Notes under the pieces: generated by a model
Seen by the model: the letters and a program-made list of their open reading frames with translations, nothing else
The model's database searches: none
What the model was told of the DNA's origin: nothing
Source of the DNA: an uncultured Candidatus Saccharibacteria bacterium
GTDB taxonomy: Bacteria > Patescibacteriota > Dojkabacteria > J137
DNA: 64,000 nt
Direction of reading: 5' to 3'
Assembly: GCA_965230975.1 (NCBI GenBank)
Contig: OZ246402.1
Span: 637,009-701,008, forward strand
Position numbers and translations under genes: made by a program
In this document: positions 38,208 to 48,065 of the stretch, one piece after another
Position numbering within the stretch: position 1 is the first letter of the stretch
How the letters are laid out: each line of letters begins with the position of its first letter

Positions 38208-39095
38208 TTAGTTAGGGTAAGAGACGGGCCCAGAAACCGGGTAAGAAGGTACACTCACTAAATTAATTTTCTTTCTTGTGTAGTTAAGAGTTACTAGCTT
38301 TTTATTGCCATAAGTGTCTGCTAATGTGAACCTTACTATATTAGAACCCTCTTCTAAATCAATTTGTTTGGTAAAATAACCGTCACTATCTGCAACTAAT
38401 AGCTCATCATCAAAAATAATTTTAGAATTAACTTCTGTATATCCATACAATCTTACAAATCTCTCTTGTGTAATAAAATTATCTCTTGGAGAGATTGATA
38501 TAAGTTCTGGCGGGGTAAAGTCTTTAAAAAACTCATACAAATAACCTTGATCGCTTAAAAATGTTATTAAAGATTTATACCTATCATCAGAGGTTAATTT
38601 AGATCTTTCAAAATCGTATTGTTCAATTTGTGAACCAACAAACAATAGTTGCGAATTTAAATTTAAAATTTTATTGTTAAAAGCCGCATCTCCATCGGTT
38701 GTTATAACACCATCTTCTGCATCAATTAAAACTTTATATTTATTTGCTAACAAATATCTGCTACCTTGAAGTTCTAAATTAAAATTCTGACCACTTAGTA
38801 AAACGGTACCTTTATTTAACTTTAAACTATCACTTGTTAATTCAATACTAGAACCAGCTAAACCATAGATTTGAAAATCGTCCGTTATTAAAGTGAAGTT
38901 GTTATCTAGTTCAATAAGGTTGCCAGTAATAGTTTTTTTATTTGAAACTCCATTAGCAAACTCTGTAACTTGAAAGCTAGTTATGCTTGGCTTTCTATTA
39001 TTTTGAATATATGTATAAATAACTATTGCGTTAATCGCAATAAATACAATGGCGCAAAAAGTTATAATTATTCTTAAGTAAATTTTCTTTTCCAT
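38208..39095 (-). CDS. Hypothetical membrane-anchored protein
   Basis: N-terminal TM IYLRIIITFCAIVFIAINAIVIYTY, then a beta-rich extracytoplasmic region. Confidence 0.4.
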   Translation of the reverse strand: MEKKIYLRIIITFCAIVFIAINAIVIYTYIQNNRKPSITSFQVTEFANGVSNKKTITGNLIELDNNFTLITDDFQIYGLAGSSIELTSDSLKLNKGTVLLSGQNFNLELQGSRYLLANKYKVLIDAEDGVITTDGDAAFNNKILNLNSQLLFVGSQIEQYDFERSKLTSDDRYKSLITFLSDQGYLYEFFKDFTPPELISISPRDNFITQERFVRLYGYTEVNSKIIFDDELLVADSDGYFTKQIDLEEGSNIVRFTLADTYGNKKLVTLNYTRKKINLVSVPSYPVSGPVSYPN

Positions 39096-39246
39096 TATTA
39101 AGCTATAAGTAAACTTAGTCTATCAAAATTTTAGTAAGAGTTTAATACAAAAGATTAGGTATTTATAAATCAATCCATATTGCCTCAAAAAGAGTATGAT
39201 AGTATCATCTTAGGATTAAATAAAATTTACTTTTTAATATAAGTTT

Positions 39247-40179
39247 ATGTCTTCTTTAAAAGTCATGGGACATGTAAACCCAGATACAGATTCAACATGC
39301 TCACCAATAGTATATGCATGGTATTTATCTAATTTTAAAGGTTTAGAAGCTAAGGCATATTTGGCTGGTGAACCTAATAAAGAAGCACTTTACGTTTTAA
39401 ACAAGTTTGGTATTGAAAAACCAACAATTATTTCTCAACTTTCAGAAGGAGATAAAATAGTATTGATAGACACTAACAATGCAGATGAGTTGTTGCCAGG
39501 ATTTGAAAAGAGCGAGATAGTTGAAATTGTGGATCACCACAAATTGTTTGGCAATTTAATAACATCATCTCCAATAAAAATAACAATGGAACCAGTTGCT
39601 TGCGTAGCAACTATTATTTGGGAAAAAATAAAATCTGAAAATCAATCTACCATGCCAATTGAAATGGCTGGTTTATTATTATCTTCTATTCTTTCAGATA
39701 CACTTAAGTTTACTAGTCCCACAACCACAGCTAAAGATAAAACTGCAGCAAATGAACTTGCAGAAATTGCATTAGTAGATATTAACGAGTTATCTAGTGC
39801 AATGTTTGAGGCAAAGTCTGACTTAAGCGGAATGACTGCAGATGATATTTTACATGTAGATAGCAAGGTTTTTGAATTTGGAGATAAGAAATTAAGAATC
39901 TCAGTTTTAGAAACTACAAAACCTGCAAATGCTCTCTCTATGATAGAAGACATAAAGCTTAGAATGAATGAACTAAAAAGAGAAGGTATAGATGGAGTTA
40001 TGTTATATGTTGTAGATATTTTAAATACATCTTCAGAAGTTATTGTTCCATCAGAGTTTGAAAGAGATATTGTTAGCAAAGCTCATAATGTAGAATTTAC
40101 AGGCGAAACAGTTACATTACCTGGAGTAGTATCTAGAAAAAAGCAAATAGCACCAAACATTGAAAAAGTTTTAAGCTAA
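39247..40179 (+). CDS. ppaC: Manganese-dependent inorganic pyrophosphatase (family II, DHH)
   Basis: N-terminal GHVNPDTDSTCSPIVYAWYL and IVDHHKL DHH motifs. The 310-aa length is typical. Confidence 0.85.
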   Translation: MSSLKVMGHVNPDTDSTCSPIVYAWYLSNFKGLEAKAYLAGEPNKEALYVLNKFGIEKPTIISQLSEGDKIVLIDTNNADELLPGFEKSEIVEIVDHHKLFGNLITSSPIKITMEPVACVATIIWEKIKSENQSTMPIEMAGLLLSSILSDTLKFTSPTTTAKDKTAANELAEIALVDINELSSAMFEAKSDLSGMTADDILHVDSKVFEFGDKKLRISVLETTKPANALSMIEDIKLRMNELKREGIDGVMLYVVDILNTSSEVIVPSEFERDIVSKAHNVEFTGETVTLPGVVSRKKQIAPNIEKVLS

Positions 40180-41453
40180 TTAATATCTGTCTCAGATATC
40201 TCTTTAAGCTGTCCTTGTGGCAGCTTAATTAGTTTTGGAGAGAAAAAGAAAGTAACTATCCCAACTAAAGCAGATATTATTGCTATTAATCCAAAAGTTG
40301 CAGAATAGCCAATTAAGTCAGAAATAAATCCAACAAAAATCGGTGTAAGAATATACGCAATAGATGAATTAGCTCTAGAAATACCAAGCAAATGAGATCT
40401 TTGCTCTCCAAGTCTATCTAGTAAGTCGGAATAAACAGCATCATTTAATGGTTGAACAAAAGATAGTAAAAAGCTTGCTAAAACAATTATAGAAACTATT
40501 AATAAATGGTTATCTCCGGCAAAAGCAATACAACCTAAGACCAGTGCCCCAAAAATTAAAGATATTTGAGATATTTTTTGTTTTGATTTTTGAGGCTTTA
40601 GTTTTGTAATAATCAAACTACCTAAAATCATTGGAAAAAAGAATAAAGATATTATTAACCATTCCATGCCGGATTCTCCAAAAACCTGTATGCCATAAAT
40701 GCCTCCAATAGTCCAAAATGCTGCTTGAATAGCTGTGATTATTATTCCAACACTTACAGTTGGCCAAACTCTAACTAATAATACTTTCCAATACTTAAGT
40801 TCAGTTAAGACATTTACCTTATATTTATAAGATTCATCATTAACAAACCCATTTCTTTTATTTTTAATAGAAAAAATTACAAAGATTGCAAACATCAAAG
40901 CCATTGCTTGAATAATTACTATGGTCAAAGTTGTATTTTGAATACTAGAAAGTAACAATGCAGAGGCTAATATTGGAGCTATGATAGATGTTGTTTGCCA
41001 AGTTAAAGATATTAAAGCCCAATCTTTACTGTAATTAATTTTATTATCTTCATTTACAACAAATAGCTGTTCTGAAAACATTATGAATTCAAAGTAAACA
41101 CCCCAAATAACAGATCCGTACAGAAAAGCCCAAGCTAGCGTGAATTCTTTACCCAAATAAATAGCTATTGGGAATGTAAAAGCCAAAATAATGGCACCCA
41201 GCAAAAAGAACTTCCAGCTTTTTGTTTTAAATAGTTGTGGAAAAGTAAAATCACAAATTAGCCCAACTACAGAAGATGCAGCCATAATTAAACCCATTAA
41301 GCCATTAGACTTTAGTGTATCTGCAACTACAATTGGGAATATAAAAGATAAAAGACTATCTGCAAAAATAATAAAAAAGAATGGAACACAAAATAGCAAT
41401 ATACTGCTTATTTTATTAGACCAACTATTTTCGAATAAATGAAGGGCTTGCAT
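40176..41453 (-). CDS. MFS-type transporter
   Basis: 425 aa with about 12 hydrophobic segments spaced throughout. Confidence 0.6.
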   Translation of the reverse strand: MQALHLFENSWSNKISSILLFCVPFFFIIFADSLLSFIFPIVVADTLKSNGLMGLIMAASSVVGLICDFTFPQLFKTKSWKFFLLGAIILAFTFPIAIYLGKEFTLAWAFLYGSVIWGVYFEFIMFSEQLFVVNEDNKINYSKDWALISLTWQTTSIIAPILASALLLSSIQNTTLTIVIIQAMALMFAIFVIFSIKNKRNGFVNDESYKYKVNVLTELKYWKVLLVRVWPTVSVGIIITAIQAAFWTIGGIYGIQVFGESGMEWLIISLFFFPMILGSLIITKLKPQKSKQKISQISLIFGALVLGCIAFAGDNHLLIVSIIVLASFLLSFVQPLNDAVYSDLLDRLGEQRSHLLGISRANSSIAYILTPIFVGFISDLIGYSATFGLIAIISALVGIVTFFFSPKLIKLPQGQLKEISETDIN

Positions 41454-41609
41454 TTACACAGTTTATATAAAAGTATGTGGTAAACGCAAGCCCTTAGGTG
41501 TAATTTAGTTTATAATCGTTATTGCTCAATGCTAAAAAGCTATTTTAAAATCTAAAGATGAACCTTATAGTAGATATCTTCTTTACAGAATGCATTATTG
41601 TAATTAAAA

Positions 41610-42911
41610 TTGGGAGTTTCTTATACATACAAATTAATGAAAAGACTTACAAATTTATTAAAATCATTAGCTTTAGTTGCTTTACTAATTGCATTATTAT
41701 TTATTTCTTTACCTCAAATTAATTTAAATATAGGTGATTCATCATATAAATATAATTTAGCTGATGAGCTATTAAAACCACAAGGTATTGGGTTTACAGA
41801 TTTTAAAAAGGGTAGTGGCCTTTACTCTACAAATGTTGTAACAGCATCCTTTTCAGAAGATACCACTTTTGAAACAGTAAATTCTGCTTATCAAATTATA
41901 GTAAATAGAATCAAAACTGCCTTGCTTACAGATATTAAGGCATCTATTTCGCAAGTTGATAACTTGTATTCTATTAAGTTTGAGTTTCCAAATTACTATG
42001 TTAACCCATCACAATATGTACAGTGGTTAACAGCAAAAGCAGATATTTACTTTGCAACTGCAGAAGAAACACCTCAAATTTTAGATTTAAATGATTATGA
42101 TATTTCCGGTGAAATCAAAAATGAATACTCCATAAATTATAAAGATCATTTATCTTTCTACTTTAGTACTGACAAGCAAAATCTGGTTTCTTCTTATTTA
42201 AGTAGTTCACAATATTTCTTAATGTATATAGATGGCACCCCTGCCATGTATGTCTTAGATTTTGACAACTACTTAGATACAAATTTAGGAAGAGTAAGGG
42301 CAGTTTCAATTTTAAGCATGTCGTCTTCAAGTGAAAGGGAAATAATTGATTATATTAATATTGTAAAGTCTTATTTTAACTCTTCAGAACTACCAGTAGT
42401 TTTAAATACAGATAGTGTTTTACAAGAAATTCCTGCAACATCAAAGTATGCTTCTTTGTCTGTAATCGCTTTGGTAATGTTCTTGTTAACTATTTTACCA
42501 AGTCTTTTACTTTCACCTACTTTAAACCTTGGAATTATATATAAAAGGTTGGTTTGGTCGTTAGTATTTGGACTACTATTTGTAGGTTTTCTTAAATTTT
42601 TTGGTGCAATTTTAAATATGGATTTACTTGTAGGGTACATATCTACATTACTAATTGTACATATGTTTATTATTAATTGGGGTAATATTAAATCTCCAAG
42701 AAAAGTATTGTTAGCCTTAACTTTAGTATTTGGGTTTATTACCAAGTTCCATTTTATTAATTATTCAATTGGGTCTATTGGTGGAACTGTAGTAGTAGGT
42801 TTAATAGCTTTTATTTTATCTACATATTATTTACCTTTGATAGATTTTGTTAAGCTTATAGCTAAATTTATACTATACAAAATTAAGAATATTAGATTTA
42901 AAAGAAAATAA
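41610..42911 (+). CDS. Hypothetical membrane protein
   Basis: An N-terminal TM, a large soluble region and C-terminal multi-TM segments. Confidence 0.4.
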   Translation: MGVSYTYKLMKRLTNLLKSLALVALLIALLFISLPQINLNIGDSSYKYNLADELLKPQGIGFTDFKKGSGLYSTNVVTASFSEDTTFETVNSAYQIIVNRIKTALLTDIKASISQVDNLYSIKFEFPNYYVNPSQYVQWLTAKADIYFATAEETPQILDLNDYDISGEIKNEYSINYKDHLSFYFSTDKQNLVSSYLSSSQYFLMYIDGTPAMYVLDFDNYLDTNLGRVRAVSILSMSSSSEREIIDYINIVKSYFNSSELPVVLNTDSVLQEIPATSKYASLSVIALVMFLLTILPSLLLSPTLNLGIIYKRLVWSLVFGLLFVGFLKFFGAILNMDLLVGYISTLLIVHMFIINWGNIKSPRKVLLALTLVFGFITKFHFINYSIGSIGGTVVVGLIAFILSTYYLPLIDFVKLIAKFILYKIKNIRFKRK

Positions 42912-43544
42912 ATGAATACATTAAAAAAGATTTCTCAAAATAACATCTTGTTTATAATTTTAAACATAGTATTAGTTATTGCCGGAGTTATTTATTTCTA
43001 TATTAATAGACCTTTATCTAATTTAAAAGACTTTGTATATGCATTTACAATTGCGTTTTTTGCTATAAATTTACTTGATTTAGCCATTAAGGTGGTTATT
43101 TTAAAACAAAAGAGTGACCTTATATTAATTGAAAAGCCATTAAGAATAACTTTTCTTGCGGGTTGTTATTTGCTTTTATCACTGTTTATTAATGTAGATA
43201 ATGTATTTCAAATATTCTTTATTACTTTTTTAATTGCTGCAATTGCTTTAGTTTTAGATTTTGTAGTAGAACATTATTTGATTTTAATTCTAATGTTTAG
43301 TTTGTCACTTATTTTTCTAACAAATAATTGGGTTTTAGTGATTAATGTTTTACCAATTCTTTTTGTTTACTTTTTTAATAAGTTTGAAACTATAAATAAG
43401 CAAAGAATCTTATCTTTAATTAAAAACTCAAATCAATCTACTAAGCTATCTATTGAATCTTCTAATTCTCAAAAAGCAAAATTAAAAGTAACTAAAAAGA
43501 AGGTTGCTAAAATCTCAAAACCTAGCAAAAAGACTAGACGTTAA
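42912..43544 (+). CDS. Hypothetical polytopic membrane protein
   Basis: 210 aa, mostly hydrophobic, with a basic C-terminal tail. Confidence 0.4.
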   Translation: MNTLKKISQNNILFIILNIVLVIAGVIYFYINRPLSNLKDFVYAFTIAFFAINLLDLAIKVVILKQKSDLILIEKPLRITFLAGCYLLLSLFINVDNVFQIFFITFLIAAIALVLDFVVEHYLILILMFSLSLIFLTNNWVLVINVLPILFVYFFNKFETINKQRILSLIKNSNQSTKLSIESSNSQKAKLKVTKKKVAKISKPSKKTRR

Positions 43545-43562
43545 ATAAATTAGTTATTAAAA

Positions 43563-44927
43563 CTACTTTATTACAACAGTTTTAATATTAGTAAATTCTC
43601 GTATTCCAAAGTAAGATAACTCTCTCCCAAAGCCAGATCTTTTTATGCCTCCGTAAGGTAGACGTGGGTCAGATCTGACTGGTTGATTTATAAATACATT
43701 TGCAACTTCAAACTTTGAAATGAATTGTTTTGCATAATTAATATCTTTTGTCCAAATTGATGCTCCCAAGCCGTACTTGGTATTATTTGCAAGTTCAATA
43801 GCTTCTTGCATTGTTGTGAATTTACAAACTGCTAAAACAGGCCCAAAAACCTCTTCGTCAAATAGTGGCATTCCAGGTCTAACATTGCTTACTATTGTTG
43901 GCTCAAAGAAATAACCTTTCCCCTTTTTACGATTTCCACCCACTTCTAATTTTGCTCCTTTTTCAATTGATTCTAGCACCTGTCTTTGTACTTCATTTAA
44001 ACCTTGTTCAGTCGCAACTGGTCCAATTTCTGTTGTTAAATCAAATGGATCACCCATTTTTACCTTTGCAAGTCTCTCTTTTGCAAGTTTAATAAATTGA
44101 GTATAAATATCTTCTTGTACAAAAACTCTTTTTGGAGAGTTGCATGCTTGACCTGCATTTCTTAATCTATTATCTACAAGTGTATTTACAGTACTTTCAA
44201 GGTCAGCATCTTTTAAAATAATAAATGCATCGCTACCGCCAAGCTCTAATAATGATTTTTTAATCTCACTGCCAGCAATGGCAGAAACTTTAGAACCTGC
44301 ATTTTCGCTACCTGAAAAACTAACTCCATTTACTCTAGGGTCTCTAATTATTGGTTCGACTCTTCCACTAGAGACTAATAAAGTTTGAAAAACTCCTTTT
44401 GGAAAACCTGCTTGTGTCATAACTTCTTCTATTAAAAGTGCAGATTGTGGCACATTTGAAGAATGTTTTAATAAAACTGTGTTTCCAGCACTAATTGTAG
44501 GAATTATAAATCTGAAAGCCATCCAAAAAGGGAAGTTCCAGGGGGCAATCCCAAGAATTGTACCCAGTGGCTCATATTTTACATAGCTAGCCATAGCTTC
44601 TGTTTCAATAACTTCATCTTTTAAAAATTCAGATATATTACCTTCATAATATCTTGCTAATAAAGAAGATTTTTCAATTTCGCTATAAACGGATTTAATT
44701 GGTTGTCCAATTTCTAATGTTGCTGATTTTGCAAGCTCTTCTTTCCTTTCAATTAATATATCTGCTAAGTTTGTTAGTAATCTGTTTCTCTCTTCGCAAG
44801 ATGAGTCTTTCCATGTTGCGAAAGCTTTTTTGGACAGTTCAATCTTTTGTTGTAAATCTTCTTCTGAAATTTCTGAGTATTCTTTGATTAATTCTTCTGT
44901 AGCTGGGTTAGTTGTAGCTATTGCCAT
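43563..44927 (-). CDS. NAD(P)-dependent aldehyde dehydrogenase
   Basis: Catalytic Glu motif LELGGSDAF and catalytic Cys motif NAGQACNSPKR. Length is 454 aa. Confidence 0.8.
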   Translation of the reverse strand: MAIATTNPATEELIKEYSEISEEDLQQKIELSKKAFATWKDSSCEERNRLLTNLADILIERKEELAKSATLEIGQPIKSVYSEIEKSSLLARYYEGNISEFLKDEVIETEAMASYVKYEPLGTILGIAPWNFPFWMAFRFIIPTISAGNTVLLKHSSNVPQSALLIEEVMTQAGFPKGVFQTLLVSSGRVEPIIRDPRVNGVSFSGSENAGSKVSAIAGSEIKKSLLELGGSDAFIILKDADLESTVNTLVDNRLRNAGQACNSPKRVFVQEDIYTQFIKLAKERLAKVKMGDPFDLTTEIGPVATEQGLNEVQRQVLESIEKGAKLEVGGNRKKGKGYFFEPTIVSNVRPGMPLFDEEVFGPVLAVCKFTTMQEAIELANNTKYGLGASIWTKDINYAKQFISKFEVANVFINQPVRSDPRLPYGGIKRSGFGRELSYFGIREFTNIKTVVIK

Positions 44928-45007
44928 AATATTAATAACAAAAATAAGACATTATCTATATTACTATAGTTAATTGTTTTTAATTCAAAATTTATTATTC
45001 TAGGGTA

Positions 45008-45802
45008 TTAAATGTTAGATCTTAAACTTTGCAAAGCACCATACAGCCCAGAGAAATCATCTAGTTGGTTGGTTTTTATAATTGGAGCATATTTAACCCT
45101 TGAGAATTCTTTAAAAAAGCTAGAAACGCTTTTGATATCAATATTGCCTCTGGTAACAATGCCTCCACCCAAAATAAAGGAATCTACTGGGTAAATCATA
45201 AATATATTCAATACAATTACAGCAAGTTGCTTTTCTATATTTAACCAAAAATCCCTATCTTCTTTTTGGGGGATATTTCCATTAAAGGCCTTTCTAATTG
45301 CTCCTCCGGAAATCAGTTCTTCAAAGCTTTTATTTGAATCAATATTAGCGATCATATGTCCTGGCTCAAAAAACTGTGAGTTTTGCAATTTCCCGTTTAT
45401 TACAATGCCACCACCAATACCGGTTCCAAGAGTTAGGTAGCAAATACTTGAATATCCTTTCCCAGATCCAAATGAATATTCACCCAGAGCGGCCATTTGA
45501 GCATCGTTTTTAATTACTATATTATTGCAATTAAGAATGTTTTTAAAATCTTGAAGTATATTTTTATTTACAAAGTCTGGTAGGTTTGGTGAAAATTTAA
45601 GCACTCCGTTTTCTATTATCCCTGCAATACCACCACAACATTTTTCAATTTCTTTATTTTTCAGTAGATTGTTTAATTCAGCTAATTCTTCTTGGTAATT
45701 ATTTTTTGTATAAAAAACCGTAGGTTCTGATTCAAACGAGTTTAAATCTTTGGAAAAAGCGAATCGCGTTTTTGTACCTCCAATATCAAATACCATGTAC
45801 AT
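45008..45802 (-). CDS. ROK-family sugar kinase (glucokinase-like)
   Basis: N-terminal MVFDIGGTKTRFA and the glycine-rich ROK signature LTLGTGIGGGIVINGK. Confidence 0.7.
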   Translation of the reverse strand: MYMVFDIGGTKTRFAFSKDLNSFESEPTVFYTKNNYQEELAELNNLLKNKEIEKCCGGIAGIIENGVLKFSPNLPDFVNKNILQDFKNILNCNNIVIKNDAQMAALGEYSFGSGKGYSSICYLTLGTGIGGGIVINGKLQNSQFFEPGHMIANIDSNKSFEELISGGAIRKAFNGNIPQKEDRDFWLNIEKQLAVIVLNIFMIYPVDSFILGGGIVTRGNIDIKSVSSFFKEFSRVKYAPIIKTNQLDDFSGLYGALQSLRSNI

Positions 45803-46009
45803 AGTAATTAGTATTAAAATTAAGAGTATTTAAATTAAGCCAATAGCAATGTCTGCTAGCTTAATATAGCTCATTTTATATATTTATAACATCATAAATA
45901 TTAAAAAAATATAAATAGTAAAAGTGAAATAATAGTGAAGTGTGTAAATTTTTATTGTGCGAATAGAACTTATCGCTTAAAATGAGAAATTATTTGTCAG
46001 CATTCAACT

Positions 46010-46810
46010 ATGGAAAACCCTGTAGAAACTGTCACTATTAACATAGAGCCATTTATAACTCCAATTGCAATGGTGTTATCTTCCCTAATTTTGGCTGGGG
46101 GATTTATTATTGGGCTAAATAGCCTAAGCGGCAAGTTAACTGTTGGTAATACAACCGCAACAACAGATACTACAACTGGCACCACGCCAGTTACGCTTGA
46201 TACAATTAAGGCTTTATTTACATCAGATAATATTACTTTTGGAGATCCAAACAGTAATCTTTTATTTGTAGAGGTATCTGACCCAAGTTGTCCTTACTGC
46301 CACATTGCAGGTGGGAAAAATCCTGAACTTAACCAGTCTGCAGGTGCTCAATTTACATTGGTTGCGAACGGTGGTACTTATGTAGCCCCTGTAGAAGAAA
46401 TGAAAAAACTTGTAGACCAAGGAAAAGCTGCATTTACATGGATTTACTCTAATGGTCATGGTAATGGTGAATTAGGTACAAAAGCACTTTATTGTGCTCA
46501 TGAGCAAGGTAAGTTCTGGCAGGCACACGATTTATTAATGTCTAGTTCAGGTTATTCTTTGCTTAACGATAATGTTAAAAATGACATAACAAAAGCTGGG
46601 GTTGTAGCTGACTTCTTGTCATCTGCATTAGATTCCGGTGCATTAAAAAGCTGTTTAGAAAGTGGTAAATACGATTCCAGAATTGCAAGTGATCAATCAA
46701 CAGCAAGATCATTAGGCGTTCAAGGTACTCCTGGGTTCTTTGTAAACACAACAAACTTCCCTGGTGCATATAATTGGACTGATATGCAAAGTGCTGTAGG
46801 TTCGGTTTAA
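46010..46810 (+). CDS. DsbA-like thiol-disulfide oxidoreductase with an N-terminal TM anchor
   Basis: N-terminal TM ITPIAMVLSSLILAGGFIIGL. CPYC active site (EVSDPSCPYCH). Second Cys pair C...C. Confidence 0.6.
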   Translation: MENPVETVTINIEPFITPIAMVLSSLILAGGFIIGLNSLSGKLTVGNTTATTDTTTGTTPVTLDTIKALFTSDNITFGDPNSNLLFVEVSDPSCPYCHIAGGKNPELNQSAGAQFTLVANGGTYVAPVEEMKKLVDQGKAAFTWIYSNGHGNGELGTKALYCAHEQGKFWQAHDLLMSSSGYSLLNDNVKNDITKAGVVADFLSSALDSGALKSCLESGKYDSRIASDQSTARSLGVQGTPGFFVNTTNFPGAYNWTDMQSAVGSV

Positions 46811-46884
46811 TTAAAACTTGTTAAATTTTAAGCTGGTGAGAAAGAAATTTCTTGCCAGTTTTTTTGTGATATTTGTTAGAAATA

Positions 46885-47238
46885 TTAGCCTATTGCAACT
46901 TGTATTAACTTGCCGTTATCTACATTCATTAAGCTAATGTACCCAATAGTTTTATTTTGAGTAGATATAGAATCTAGAAACTTGTTAAAGTGATCTAAAG
47001 AGAAGGGTGAGGTCCAATTTAAAATTACAGGTGGCGTAAACATTGCAAGAATAACAGTATACTTTTTACCCTTCTTTTTTATAATTATACCTTTTGTATT
47101 TGAGTTTACGGGAGTAGAAGGATTTGCCATGCCAAAATTTGTTGCTAATTGAACAACAGATTCTCCAACCTTATCTGGATTAGTTTCAAAAGATCCAATT
47201 ACTTTTTGATTGTTTAAAAGACCGTCTATAATGTTCAT
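46885..47238 (-). CDS. Hypothetical protein
   Basis: A 117-aa ORF. Confidence 0.3.
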   Translation of the reverse strand: MNIIDGLLNNQKVIGSFETNPDKVGESVVQLATNFGMANPSTPVNSNTKGIIIKKKGKKYTVILAMFTPPVILNWTSPFSLDHFNKFLDSISTQNKTIGYISLMNVDNGKLIQVAIG

Positions 47239-47391
47239 TTTTGTTTACTAGTAACTGCAAAGCTTAATATTGCTATGTATTAATTATATCATTCTGACAC
47301 CATAATGTGAAGACAGATATTATTTGCATAATAGATTGAAATTGGTTTAACTAAAAAGTATTATGTATAAGTTAGATTAATATAAAAACTT

Positions 47392-48063
47392 ATGGGTATT
47401 TTTGATGCTAAAAAAATAAGTACACAAGAACATTTAGATATAGAGGATATACGAGATGATTTAGTAATACTTAAGACTGGTAAGGTTTCATTAGTTATAG
47501 AAACGACATCTTTAAATTTCGATTTATTAGATAGTAAAGAGCAAGATGCAAAAATATATGGATTTGCCTCGTTCTTAAACTCTATAAGATTCCCAATTCA
47601 AATTGTAATAAGAACACAAAGAACAGATATTGCTAAGTACATTGGTCTTTTAGAAGATTACAAAAGAAAAAGTGGTTCAGAAAGTATTATGCAACAAGTA
47701 AGCATTTATCAAGATTTTATTAATAATCTAACAGAAGCTACTCAAATTTTAGATAAAAGATTTTTTACTGTTATTCCAACTACTATAACTACAGAAGTAG
47801 ATTCAAATTCATTAAAACAATTGTTTGGTAAGCAAAAAAGAATAGTAAATGTACAACAGATTATAGAAAAAGCTAAAGAGGAACTTTACCCTAAGAGGGA
47901 TGCAATAATAAAACAATATGCAAATATGGGTGTGGCAGCAAGACAATTAACTACAGATGAACTAATTAAATTATATTATTCTGTTTATGAACCGGACAAA
48001 ACAGGTATAGAAGTTCTCAATATTAGAGAGAACGATGTAGAGGCCGGTTTAGTTAGAGGCTAA
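47392..48063 (+). CDS. Hypothetical protein, translationally coupled to the VirB4-like ATPase
   Basis: A 223-aa ORF ending 2 nt before the VirB4-like start. It could correspond to the N-terminal domain missing from the short VirB4 homolog. Confidence 0.35.
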   Translation: MGIFDAKKISTQEHLDIEDIRDDLVILKTGKVSLVIETTSLNFDLLDSKEQDAKIYGFASFLNSIRFPIQIVIRTQRTDIAKYIGLLEDYKRKSGSESIMQQVSIYQDFINNLTEATQILDKRFFTVIPTTITTEVDSNSLKQLFGKQKRIVNVQQIIEKAKEELYPKRDAIIKQYANMGVAARQLTTDELIKLYYSVYEPDKTGIEVLNIRENDVEAGLVRG

Positions 48064-48065
48064 AT

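Noticed and set aside
46833-46868. Imperfect hairpin CTGGTGAGAAAG...TTCTTGCCAG followed by a T7 run between convergent genes
   Set aside because: It is plausibly a terminator, but the stem has two mismatches. It is mentioned here rather than listed as a feature.
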